From positions 2,338 through 66,337 of the forward strand of contig CAYHFQ010000002.1 in the NCBI GenBank assembly GCA_964355955.1: 64,000 bases of DNA, in the 5' to 3' direction. This stretch comes from an uncultured Gammaproteobacteria bacterium (GTDB taxonomy: Bacteria > Patescibacteriota > Patescibacteriia > UBA9934). The notes below the pieces were generated by a model. That model was not told the origin of the DNA. It ran no database searches and saw only the letters and a program-made list of their open reading frames with translations. How positions within the stretch are numbered: the stretch's first letter is position 1; the number at the start of each line of letters is the position of its first letter. Positions 56,044 through 64,000 of the stretch are shown in pieces. The position numbers were made by a program, and so were the translations under genes.

Positions 56044-57207
56044 CTAGCTCAGTAATTCATCTAACTTCGACATCTGCGCCAACCTTGTAAACTCGGCGAG
56101 CACGCGTTCCCTCCCCTTCTGTCCTTGCTCTCGTCCGAGCCTATCATCGTTCATGTAGCCCTCGATGGCCTTCGTTAAGTCTGCCACCGAGCCGTCGATG
56201 AGTTTCCCCGTCACACCGTCGACCACCGCCTCATCAACTCCTGGCGTGTTATTCGCCACCACCGGCAAGCCGAACAACCCAGCCTCCAGATAAACTATGC
56301 CGAAGCCTTCGCGATCCGTAGCCGACTTCTTAGCCGGCATGACGAACAGGTCGGCGTCACGGTAGAACTGAGCCAGCGCCGCATTCTCGATGATACTGTG
56401 CACAGTTACACGATTACGCAAACCAAGTTCCGCAATCTTCTCCTCGATGATTTTACGGTATGGCCCGTCGCCGATGATATCGTACGTAACCCCAGGCAAG
56501 TTCTTGATAGCTTCGAGGACTAGCAAATGGCCCTTACGCTCTACCAGCCTAGCCACCGTCAACAGCCGCAATCCAGTTCTTGCCTCACCTACTACCGAGT
56601 CCGAGCCTGGCTTCTCATTAGTTTTCTCTTCCCTCACCTCATCGATTGCAATTCCCTCCGTCTTTGCGAGCTCGGTGAAGCAATCTTCTGCACTCTTAAC
56701 CATCTCATCCGCCACGCACGGATACACCACCAACGGCGTAACACCCGGCACAAAAGTCGATACTTCGTCGGCCAACGCTTGCGAGTTCGTCACCACCTTT
56801 TTAGCGAGCCTTAGAATTCTCTTCGTTAATTCCCTTCTGATGAAGCCCTGTCGCGCTAAGTCAAAATCAAGTCCGTGCAAAAATATCACGTACGGTTTAC
56901 CACCCAACAACTTCGCCGCCAACGCCGCTGTCCCAAACGGCAAAACATGATGAATCCATAATTGATCGTAATCTTCACGTCTCTGCCAATATAACGAAAA
57001 TAGCTCATTATAACTCGGCATGACATCAAACGCCGCTATCTCAACATTCCCCGGAAACGTCTTGACGATACCCTCAATATAACGGGCCACGCCACCCTTG
57101 AACCCCGGCGCCTCAATTGTCGGCAAGAGAATGCGAGCCATATTAGCGTCGACGAAGAATCTGGCGGAAGGAATGAAGGTGGTCAACGGTGAAGGCACGG
57201 CTGGCAA
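56044..57207 (-). CDS. family-1 (GT4) glycosyltransferase
   Basis: C-terminal EGFGIVYLEAGLFGLPVVANNTPGVDEAV (EX7E-type motif). Confidence 0.8.
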   Translation of the reverse strand: MPAVPSPLTTFIPSARFFVDANMARILLPTIEAPGFKGGVARYIEGIVKTFPGNVEIAAFDVMPSYNELFSLYWQRREDYDQLWIHHVLPFGTAALAAKLLGGKPYVIFLHGLDFDLARQGFIRRELTKRILRLAKKVVTNSQALADEVSTFVPGVTPLVVYPCVADEMVKSAEDCFTELAKTEGIAIDEVREEKTNEKPGSDSVVGEARTGLRLLTVARLVERKGHLLVLEAIKNLPGVTYDIIGDGPYRKIIEEKIAELGLRNRVTVHSIIENAALAQFYRDADLFVMPAKKSATDREGFGIVYLEAGLFGLPVVANNTPGVDEAVVDGVTGKLIDGSVADLTKAIEGYMNDDRLGREQGQKGRERVLAEFTRLAQMSKLDELLS

Positions 57208-58573
57208 AGATACAGACGACGTAAACGAGGCCCCCGATTATCATGGAAGCGACGAATGGGACGTGTGATTTGACCGCGAACACGACAAGCGCCATGACCA
57301 GGCCGGACAAATAGAAACCCCCCACGCTCTTAATAAGCTCGACAAACTTGAGTGAAGCAATTGGGGCGGCGAAATACCAGCCCGCCGCAAACATGAAGAT
57401 GAAAGAAATGAGGGCGGCTACACAAGCGCCAGCAATGCCAAGGATTGGAATCAGTATGAGATTAGCCATTACGTTGATAACCATGACGCTACCCATAATG
57501 GCAGTTTTGATATGTTGGCGACGCGTGGCGTTGAGCAGTGAACCAATCGGGAAGTCGAGGAAAATTGGTAAAAGTACAAAGATTAGAATCGACAACGGCA
57601 CGGCGGCACTAGCGTAGTCATGGTTAAAATAACTAATAATTTCTGGGGCTAGCGACCAAATACCAAAAACAATCGGCGCTGCCAATAACGAGACGTACCA
57701 CTCGGCGTCAAGAAAAATCTTTTTGAGGTCCGCAGGTTTATCCGCTGCCGCACTCATAGTTGGATACAACGCACCAATAAAGGCTAAAGGCAGGAACTGA
57801 AAGGCATACGTCAGCTTGTAGGCCACGCCGTAAACACCAACGGCTGCCTGACCAAGAATGGCGTTAAGTACAAAACTATCAAAGTAAGAATAGATCTTGA
57901 CGAAGACGGCGGCCAGGAAGAACGGAAAAGCCATGCGGAGGAGGACCGTGTCGAAAGAAACTTTCGGCAAGAGCGACTTGAGGCCAAGGCGACGAGTAAC
58001 TTGGTAGGCCGAGAAGCAGAGGTTAAAAGTGCTACCAAGCGTCAATGCTAAAACGAGTGTTGGCAAGGTGGCGGTGTGAGTGACAATGAGAATAAGGCCG
58101 AGCACCGTCGACAACAACTGGCCAGAAAAGATGCCAAGCGACTCATAAGCCAAGTTCTGCATGCCACGCAAAACGCTGTAGAAAGTTAGCGACAAAGTGT
58201 CGGCGATCATGATACCCAGTGCTAGCAAGACGAGCATCTGTACTTGCTCCGTATAGCCAACTACAGCCGGTAAAATGAAAGCGATGATGATGGAGAATGG
58301 GATGGTGAAAAGCTTGAAGCCGAGGATGCTGCGTAACCAACGAGTAGCGTCTCCCGGTGTTCGCGCCACTTCGCGGGTCAGTACAGAGGTCAAACCAATA
58401 TCGTCGAGCACACCAATCGTCGTCACCATGCCAAGCGCCAAAAAGTACGCGCCGTTCCCGGAACTGCCCAAATAATTGGCCAGAATAGCAAAATAGGCAA
58501 AAGCTATACACTTCTGCCCAATGCTCGCCGCCGTCAAAAACAGGGTATTTTTAGCTAATTTGCTGGTGGTCAT
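57143..58573 (-). CDS. polysaccharide flippase (Wzx / MOP superfamily)
   Basis: MTTSKLAKNTLFLTAASIGQKCIAFAYFAILANYLG... with 12-14 TM helices. Overlaps the GT4 gene by 65 nt. Confidence 0.75.
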   Translation of the reverse strand: MTTSKLAKNTLFLTAASIGQKCIAFAYFAILANYLGSSGNGAYFLALGMVTTIGVLDDIGLTSVLTREVARTPGDATRWLRSILGFKLFTIPFSIIIAFILPAVVGYTEQVQMLVLLALGIMIADTLSLTFYSVLRGMQNLAYESLGIFSGQLLSTVLGLILIVTHTATLPTLVLALTLGSTFNLCFSAYQVTRRLGLKSLLPKVSFDTVLLRMAFPFFLAAVFVKIYSYFDSFVLNAILGQAAVGVYGVAYKLTYAFQFLPLAFIGALYPTMSAAADKPADLKKIFLDAEWYVSLLAAPIVFGIWSLAPEIISYFNHDYASAAVPLSILIFVLLPIFLDFPIGSLLNATRRQHIKTAIMGSVMVINVMANLILIPILGIAGACVAALISFIFMFAAGWYFAAPIASLKFVELIKSVGGFYLSGLVMALVVFAVKSHVPFVASMIIGGLVYVVCIFASRAFTVDHLHSFRQILRRR

Positions 58574-58605
58574 GTGGCCTCATGGTACTCCAAATTGGTG
58601 ATGTT

Positions 58606-58636
58606 TACAAACAAAAATCCCCCACTTGCGTGAGAG
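58606..58636 (-). terminator. intrinsic terminator after rpsI
   Basis: On the minus strand: ctcac-GCAA-gtggg (GNRA loop) followed by ggatttttgtttg. Confidence 0.5.
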
Positions 58637-58656
58637 ATTCCTGCTGGATAAGCGAA

Positions 58657-59052
58657 TTAACGCTTGCGCCACTGTGGTGAACGGCGAGCACCGTGCTTAC
58701 CGAACTTCTTGCGCTCCTTCTTGCGAGGATCGCGGGTCAAGAGGCTCTGGGCCTTCAAGGTTGCTTTGAGCGCTTCATCCATCATGACGAGGGCGCGAGC
58801 AATACCGAGCTTTACAGCGTCGGACTGACCGGTTGGGCCACCACCGACGGTCTTGACGGTGACGTCCATGCTGGTCAAGTTACCCGTTTCCTTGAGTGGG
58901 CGTTCAACTGAAGCCTGCAAGGTTGGGGTGGTGAAGAACTCCTGATATGGTTTACCGTTGACGGTGATCTTACCACTACCAGCTGGGTACAAACGCACCT
59001 GAGCTACTGCAGTCTTACGACGACCGACGGATTGGAAATACTTTTCAGCCAT
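58657..59052 (-). CDS. rpsI: 30S ribosomal protein S9
   Basis: MAEKYFQSVGRRKTAVAQVRL...KKFGKHGARRSPQWRKR. Confidence 0.95.
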   Translation of the reverse strand: MAEKYFQSVGRRKTAVAQVRLYPAGSGKITVNGKPYQEFFTTPTLQASVERPLKETGNLTSMDVTVKTVGGGPTGQSDAVKLGIARALVMMDEALKATLKAQSLLTRDPRKKERKKFGKHGARRSPQWRKR

Positions 59053-59053
59053 A

Positions 59054-59422
59054 TTAGGAAATTGACAACCGCTTCATGCGGTTCGTGCGGTGCTTGTTCT
59101 TAGGAAGCATACGTGACACGGCAGCGCGGAGGACGGATGCTGGATCCTTTTCCCACATCACACGCATGGTGGTCTCGTGAATACCGCCTGGGTGACCACT
59201 GTGATGGAAGTACTTCTTGTCTTCGTACTTTTTGCCCGTCACCTTGATTCCGGCGCAGTTGGTCACGACGACCAGGTTGCCAGCGTCGACGTTTGGCTGA
59301 TAGACAGCACTGGTTTTGCCCACCAGGTTCATGGCAATTTGTGTTGCCAAGCGACCGAGGATTTTGCCAGTAGCGTCGAAGGCCACCGTCTTACGGACTG
59401 GATTGATTATTGTGTTTGCCAT
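59054..59422 (-). CDS. rplM: 50S ribosomal protein L13
   Basis: MANTIINPVRKTVAFDATGKILGRLATQIA... Confidence 0.95.
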   Translation of the reverse strand: MANTIINPVRKTVAFDATGKILGRLATQIAMNLVGKTSAVYQPNVDAGNLVVVTNCAGIKVTGKKYEDKKYFHHSGHPGGIHETTMRVMWEKDPASVLRAAVSRMLPKNKHRTNRMKRLSIS

Positions 59423-59424
59423 AT

Positions 59425-59775
59425 TTAGACGAATTCGATGAGCGCCAAGTCAGCTGCATCACCCTTACGAGCACCGAGTTTGGTGATTCGTGTGTAGCCG
59501 CCAGTGCGAGTGAGGAAACGAGGACCGAGAACTTCGAGCAACTTCTTCACTGGCTGTTCAGTCGTGAAGTAGCCGAGCAAAGCGCGGCGGGTTGCCAAGT
59601 CGTTCTTGCGGGCCATGGTGACCAACTTCTCCACTGCTGGACGAGCATACTTAGCACGAGCGATGGTGGTTTCAATCTTTTCGTAGGTGATAAGACTGGT
59701 CACCAAGTCGCGTAACATTGCTTTGCGGCCAGAAGTGTGGCGACTAAAGGTTTTCTTATTTTTACGATGTCGCAT
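59425..59775 (-). CDS. rplQ: 50S ribosomal protein L17
   Basis: MRHRKNKKTFSRHTSGRKAMLRDLVTSLI... Confidence 0.95.
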   Translation of the reverse strand: MRHRKNKKTFSRHTSGRKAMLRDLVTSLITYEKIETTIARAKYARPAVEKLVTMARKNDLATRRALLGYFTTEQPVKKLLEVLGPRFLTRTGGYTRITKLGARKGDAADLALIEFV

Positions 59776-59780
59776 ACGTG

Positions 59781-60524
59781 TTAGCCTTCGGCCGAAGCAT
59801 CAGATGCTTTCGCGATCTGTTCGGTGAGTGAGGCGTGGCTAAGCTGGCTTTGAATCCAGGTGAAGTGATTGAGAAGAATTTTGGTGGCGTGTTCAACAGC
59901 TTCTTGGGCCGTCACCGTGCCGTCCGTGATGATGTTCATGATGACCTTGTCGTAGTTGGTGATTTCACCGACACGGGTGTTTTCAATGCGGATACCGCAC
60001 TGACGCACCGGGCTGAACAAAGCGTCAACGCCGATCATACCAATCTCTGTGTTTGGTACTTCGCGTTCCTCGGTTGGCATATAACCGCGGCCACGGGAGA
60101 CCACGATGTCCATTTCGAAGTTGATGCTGTCAGTCAAGGTACAAAGGACCAAGTCTGGGTTCATGATTTCCACGTCAGCGTTGGCTGAGATGTCGGCGGC
60201 AGTGATGACGCCTGGCTTGCTAGCAGTAACTTTGAGGGACACCGGTTCTTCCGAGTGGACCTTCAAGCGCAACTGTTTCAAGTTCAACATGATTTCCAAA
60301 CCGTCTTCTTTGACACCAGTGATGGCGGCAAACTCATGCTGCACACCCTTGATCTTCATGGCCGTAACTGCGGCACCAGGCAAAGACGAGAGCAAGACGC
60401 GGCGAAGTGCATTGCCCACTGTCGTACCGTAACCGTGATGGAGAGGCTCGATAGTGAGAATAGCTTCGTGCTCGTGTTCGCCGGCAGTGAAGTACATCTT
60501 TGACGGAAGAAGAATGTTCTCCAT
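59781..60524 (-). CDS. rpoA: DNA-directed RNA polymerase alpha subunit, N-terminal domain only (no alpha-CTD)
   Basis: Alpha-NTD motifs (LHHGYGTTVGNALRRVLLSSLPGAAV). Only 247 aa; ends ~5 nt before rplQ with no helix-hairpin-helix CTD. Confidence 0.9.
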   Translation of the reverse strand: MENILLPSKMYFTAGEHEHEAILTIEPLHHGYGTTVGNALRRVLLSSLPGAAVTAMKIKGVQHEFAAITGVKEDGLEIMLNLKQLRLKVHSEEPVSLKVTASKPGVITAADISANADVEIMNPDLVLCTLTDSINFEMDIVVSRGRGYMPTEEREVPNTEIGMIGVDALFSPVRQCGIRIENTRVGEITNYDKVIMNIITDGTVTAQEAVEHATKILLNHFTWIQSQLSHASLTEQIAKASDASAEG

Positions 60525-60536
60525 AGGATGATGGGA

Positions 60537-61160
60537 TTAGCGCATCGAGTAAAACTCGACGATTAGCTTAGGATCAAACACTTCCTTAAGGTCCTCGCCT
60601 GCCGGAATGCTGACCACTTTGCCCACATTGTTTTCCATATGGAGCCAACCAGGAACGGTTGTGGTCTTCAAACGATCACTGAGGTCGCTGAATACTTTCT
60701 TTTCCTTCTTGTTTTCGCGGAGGCCGACGACGTCACCGACACGGACCTGGTATGAAGGGATGTTAACCTTGATACCGTTGACCGTGAACATGCCGTGGCT
60801 GACCATCTGACGAGCCTGTGGACGAGTCTTGGCGAAACCGAGACGGAAGGCTGTGTTGTCCAAGCGGAGCTCGAGCAAACGACACAACTGTTCACCGGTG
60901 TTACCTTCCATCTTCTCCGCCTTGGCGAAGTAGTTGCGGAACTGACGCTCCATCATGCCGTACAAACGCTTGGCCTTTTGCTTCTCACGCAACTGCTGGC
61001 CGTAGACCGAGAGACGTGATGGGCGACCCATGTTCTTCTTGCCGTGCACACCCGGTGGGTATGGACGCTTCTGCATGAGCTTGAGGATGCTGGAACTCGT
61101 GGAAAGTGGGACGCCTTCACGACGACTCATTTTGCCGAGCTTATTTAATGTTTTTCCCAT
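60537..61160 (-). CDS. rpsD: 30S ribosomal protein S4
   Basis: S4 N-terminus and S4 RNA-binding domain (GMFTVNGIKVNIPSYQVRVGDVV). Confidence 0.95.
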   Translation of the reverse strand: MGKTLNKLGKMSRREGVPLSTSSSILKLMQKRPYPPGVHGKKNMGRPSRLSVYGQQLREKQKAKRLYGMMERQFRNYFAKAEKMEGNTGEQLCRLLELRLDNTAFRLGFAKTRPQARQMVSHGMFTVNGIKVNIPSYQVRVGDVVGLRENKKEKKVFSDLSDRLKTTTVPGWLHMENNVGKVVSIPAGEDLKEVFDPKLIVEFYSMR

Positions 61161-61163
61161 AGA

Positions 61164-61631
61164 TTACATGCGACGTGCTCGACGTGGACGGCAGCCGTTG
61201 TGGGCTACTGGCGTCAAGTCGTTGATCGAGAGAACGTTGAAACCGTTGCCGTTCAAAGCGCGCAAGGCTCCGTCGCGGCCGTTGCCGATACCACTGACGA
61301 AAACGTGCAAATCCTTGAGTCCGTACACGGCGCTGGCCTCGGCAATCTTTTTGACGATGACGCTAGCGGCGTATGGAGTGGCCTTCTTCGGACCTTTGAA
61401 ACCACAGTTACCGGCGCTTGACCAGGTGACAGTGTTACCATTTGGATCCGTCAAAGTTACGATTGTGTTGTTAAAGCTGGCTTGGATGTAAGCGCGGCCT
61501 TGGGGAATGGTGCGCATCACGCGCTTCTTACCCTTAGCTGTGCGGAGCGTCTTGTCGGCCTTGCCCTTGGCTACTGGAGCCTTGGCGTCGGCAACTTCCG
61601 CTACTTTGTCTTTGATAATTTCTTCAGTCAT
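61164..61631 (-). CDS. rpsK: 30S ribosomal protein S11 (with ~25-aa N-terminal extension)
   Basis: AYIQASFNNTIVTLTDPNGNTVTWSSAG...RRARRM. Confidence 0.92.
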   Translation of the reverse strand: MTEEIIKDKVAEVADAKAPVAKGKADKTLRTAKGKKRVMRTIPQGRAYIQASFNNTIVTLTDPNGNTVTWSSAGNCGFKGPKKATPYAASVIVKKIAEASAVYGLKDLHVFVSGIGNGRDGALRALNGNGFNVLSINDLTPVAHNGCRPRRARRM

Positions 61632-61639
61632 AGCAGGGC

Positions 61640-62026
61640 TTAGGTCTTGGTTAACATGCGGCGACCACTTCCGGCCGTCTTACGAACGTTGCCACGTACT
61701 GTACGTGAGTTCGACTTGGTGCGTTGACCACGAACCGGCAAACCCTTGGAATGACGGGAACCGCGGTAAGAACCAATGTCCTTAAGACGCTTGATGTGGC
61801 CCATGACTTCGCGGCGCAATTCACCTTCGACGCGGAATTCCTTTTCCACAATCGTGCGGATGGCGTTTTCCTCGTCTGGGGTCAAATCCTTAACGCGAGT
61901 TTCTGGACTTACCTTCGAGCGGGTAAGAATGTCAGCTGCACGGGTCTCACCGACTCCAAAAATGTATTGGAGGGCAATGACGATGCGCTTGTTGTTTGGG
62001 AGTGTTACTCCAGCAATACGTGCCAT
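61640..62026 (-). CDS. rpsM: 30S ribosomal protein S13
   Basis: [26 protein letters not shown]... Confidence 0.95.
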   Translation of the reverse strand: MARIAGVTLPNNKRIVIALQYIFGVGETRAADILTRSKVSPETRVKDLTPDEENAIRTIVEKEFRVEGELRREVMGHIKRLKDIGSYRGSRHSKGLPVRGQRTKSNSRTVRGNVRKTAGSGRRMLTKT

Positions 62027-62029
62027 AGA

Positions 62030-62146
62030 CTAACCTTGACGTTGTTTATGCTTCGGACTCTTGGGACAAATGACGTGGACTCGACCCTGGCGGCGCACCA
62101 CCTGGCAGTCGCGACACATCGGCTTCACTGATGCACGAACTTTCAT
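62030..62146 (-). CDS. rpmJ: 50S ribosomal protein L36 (not in the ORF track; found by hand)
   Basis: Minus-strand translation [38 protein letters not shown] with the CxxC...C..H Zn ribbon. 4 nt after rpsM. Confidence 0.85.
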   Translation of the reverse strand: MKVRASVKPMCRDCQVVRRQGRVHVICPKSPKHKQRQG

Positions 62147-62244
62147 ACGCAAATTAATTGACTACTAGTTCTTAACTGTGTCTTACGACAAAATCATCCG
62201 GCAAACGGGGGATGATTTTGACGAAGGATGTCATGCCTTCCCGC

Positions 62245-62460
62245 CTAGAAACGGAAAGTGATGCGTCCTTTTGTGAGATCATACGGACTGATCTCAACTT
62301 TGACATCGTCACCCGGCAGGATACGAATGCGATTTTGGCGCATTTTACCCGACAAGTGAGCGAGAATCTCTTGGTCGTTCTCGAGGGTTACTCGGAACGA
62401 GCCTGCAGGTAAGGCCTCCATGACCTCTCCCCGCATCTCAATAAACTGCTTTTCTACCAT
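62245..62460 (-). CDS. infA: translation initiation factor IF-1
   Basis: 71 aa; S1-like OK: [60 protein letters not shown]. Confidence 0.95.
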   Translation of the reverse strand: MVEKQFIEMRGEVMEALPAGSFRVTLENDQEILAHLSGKMRQNRIRILPGDDVKVEISPYDLTKGRITFRF

Positions 62461-62557
62461 AGTGTAGCGGGACTATAGCAAATCTTCGCTATCTTTGCAA
62501 GAAAAGCTTGGTTTCCTGAGCTGGCGCAATGGTACTTCATGTAGATATTAGTGTCAA

Positions 62558-63412
62558 TTATTTAGCCTTATTTCTAATAAATAAGTTTTTTATATCTTTT
62601 CCCAGATTTCTGACATTCTCCAAGAATGACTTTGCGGGACGTAATTCGGCTGGCTCCGCAATTTTTGCAGTTCTAAGCTCTAATGGTAAAACTGGTGGTC
62701 GAGCCCCTTCTTCATTCACAACCAAACGCTTAAAATCTGCTAAATTATTAATTTTGATTATATTTGGAAAGCCTTCCATGCCTGCTCTACCTTGCATTTT
62801 AGTGTTCAGAGCCCAGTAATCCTTAAAAGCCTGGTAACGATCTTCTGGCGTCATTTGCTCATTTTTAACCTCTGCCATCAACCGACGTTTTTCCAAATTC
62901 TGCGCATCCCTCTCCTGCCTATCAGGACTAAGACTTGGCCTTGTCATAGCCATTAATTCGTCGTCCTGAACTGGCTCGGGTTCTGGCTCTGGCTCAGGCT
63001 CGCCTCGCAACTGACGCAATTTCTGGCTTGCTCTCGCCCTATCTCTTGCCACTAGTGCCTTGTCTGCTTTTGAAGTTTTCCTCAGGCTCTCATTGTGAAG
63101 TTTATCAGCGTCTGCCCACAAGTTGAATTCCATTAAACTCAATTCCTTATCAACAGATGGCAAATGAGCCGATACTTCCACGCCACCACCTCCAGCTAAA
63201 GACGCCTGTCTGTATGCGACGTAGGCATCATAGCGCTCCTCCAGTGGCGATGCTTCATTCAAAATCTTACTCTCTGCCTCCATTTTCACCGCTTTCCACT
63301 TTCGCTCATTTTCTCGCCGACTTGCCCTCGCCTCTTTCTCCGCTGGTGATAATTCATGATACGTCTTTGGAAGCTCACCTCGCTGAGTCTTACTCATTAC
63401 ATCATTTGCCAT
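62558..63412 (-). CDS. hypothetical charged protein with EPEPEPEPEP low-complexity linker
   Basis: 284-aa ORF in the position where secY-adk-map usually precede infA. No family recognised. Confidence 0.4.
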   Translation of the reverse strand: MANDVMSKTQRGELPKTYHELSPAEKEARASRRENERKWKAVKMEAESKILNEASPLEERYDAYVAYRQASLAGGGGVEVSAHLPSVDKELSLMEFNLWADADKLHNESLRKTSKADKALVARDRARASQKLRQLRGEPEPEPEPEPVQDDELMAMTRPSLSPDRQERDAQNLEKRRLMAEVKNEQMTPEDRYQAFKDYWALNTKMQGRAGMEGFPNIIKINNLADFKRLVVNEEGARPPVLPLELRTAKIAEPAELRPAKSFLENVRNLGKDIKNLFIRNKAK

Positions 63413-63429
63413 AATACATGATTAACTCA

Positions 63430-63768
63430 TTATTCTCCCCAACCAAACATCTTCGCCCACCATCCCCCAATGCCCTTACTTACTCTCTTTTCTTCAACAG
63501 CTGGCGAGAACGTCGGCAGATCTCCGGTGTCAAATGTATCCTCAGCCCTGTGCGCTTCACCTGGTGGAGCCTGATCGATACTCTGCCGTATAGCTCTCGC
63601 CTTAGCTGCTTCTAATCTCGCCATAGCGATCTCCGCATATGGTTGCTTAACAGGTTTTTGCTCACGAATCGTTTTAAACTCTCCCTCATAACCAGGCAGC
63701 TCTGCTCTCCCGCCAAACCTAAGCTCAACCACTTCTCCCTGTCGCGGTGACAAAATATCATCTTCCAT
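63430..63768 (-). CDS. hypothetical small protein (C-terminal GIGGWWAKMFGWGE)
   Basis: 112-aa ORF. Its C-terminal motif resembles the C-terminus of the next partial ORF upstream. Confidence 0.35.
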   Translation of the reverse strand: MEDDILSPRQGEVVELRFGGRAELPGYEGEFKTIREQKPVKQPYAEIAMARLEAAKARAIRQSIDQAPPGEAHRAEDTFDTGDLPTFSPAVEEKRVSKGIGGWWAKMFGWGE

Positions 63769-63778
63769 ATATTATCAA

Positions 63779-64000
63779 TTACTTCTTCTCGCTACTCCCA
63801 AACATCATCTTAAGCCAACTCTTGATACCTTCAATCATCCCCTTGCCAGGCTTCCGTTCTCCATTCCCACCATAACTCTTCTCCCAACCTGAGTCACCCA
63901 TTCCTGTACTGATCTTTTGTACCTTACTTTTTCCTGCATCTAAATTCTTGGTCTGTTCCTTCTTAACCGATTTTCTAACATCACTCTTCCCTACATCTGG
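63779..64000 (-). CDS. 3' part of a hypothetical ORF running off the window (ends ...SWLKMMFGSSEKK*)
   Basis: Open minus-strand frame from the window edge to the stop at 63779-63781. Its C-terminal W..KMMFG motif is paralogous to the downstream small ORF. Confidence 0.3.
   Translation of the reverse strand, partial: PDVGKSDVRKSVKKEQTKNLDAGKSKVQKISTGMGDSGWEKSYGGNGERKPGKGMIEGIKSWLKMMFGSSEKK

Noticed and set aside
62558-63412. (EP)5 repeat as a functional repeat element or collagen-like domain
   Set aside because: It is a single short low-complexity linker of 10 residues, with no extended periodicity.

Overview
This is a densely packed bacterial chromosomal window in which many genes overlap or abut by a few bases; the short rpoA and compact operons suggest a small-genome lineage, possibly Patescibacteria/CPR-like, but that is a low-confidence inference. 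The housekeeping blocks are a partial helicase-nuclease gene, mreB-mreC-mreD-mrdA, greA-lysS-tagD-like-serS-alr-ftsQ-like-bcp, an M23 peptidase, gltX, a tagA/wecG-like gene, clpB, ppa, a priA-like gene with def and fmt, an ABC exporter, a surface-glycan cluster (Wzy-like, two GT2, one GT4, Wzx) and the ribosomal run rpsI-rplM-rplQ-rpoA-rpsD-rpsK-rpsM-rpmJ-infA. Three lower-GC accessory regions interrupt these. (1) 6.3-15.7 kb: a 1.9-k-aa signal-peptide SpvB / FG-GAP / RHS polymorphic toxin with a GHH-type HNH nuclease tip and a SUKH (SMI1/KNR4) immunity gene, followed by an orphan rhs-CT module that shares about 680 bp of recombination homology with the parent and by an array of small candidate immunity genes including a CPCC Cys-rich protein. 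(2) 35.5-47.3 kb: a co-directional minus-strand unit with a consensus promoter, RhuM, a Cas4-like DUF2779-type nuclease, two tandem paralogous giant proteins of about 1200 aa, and an MsbA-like ABC exporter. (3) 47.3-52.9 kb: a tightly packed candidate defence/TA island (NYN, MazG-like, Doc-type Fic, DUF2075 ATPase-nuclease, RhuM N-domain fragment) with a divergently transcribed class-II Fic gene whose promoter is full of palindromes and tandem operator-like repeats. No rRNA, tRNA or CRISPR array was recognised. All calls rest on reading the translations and DNA directly; no database searches were run.
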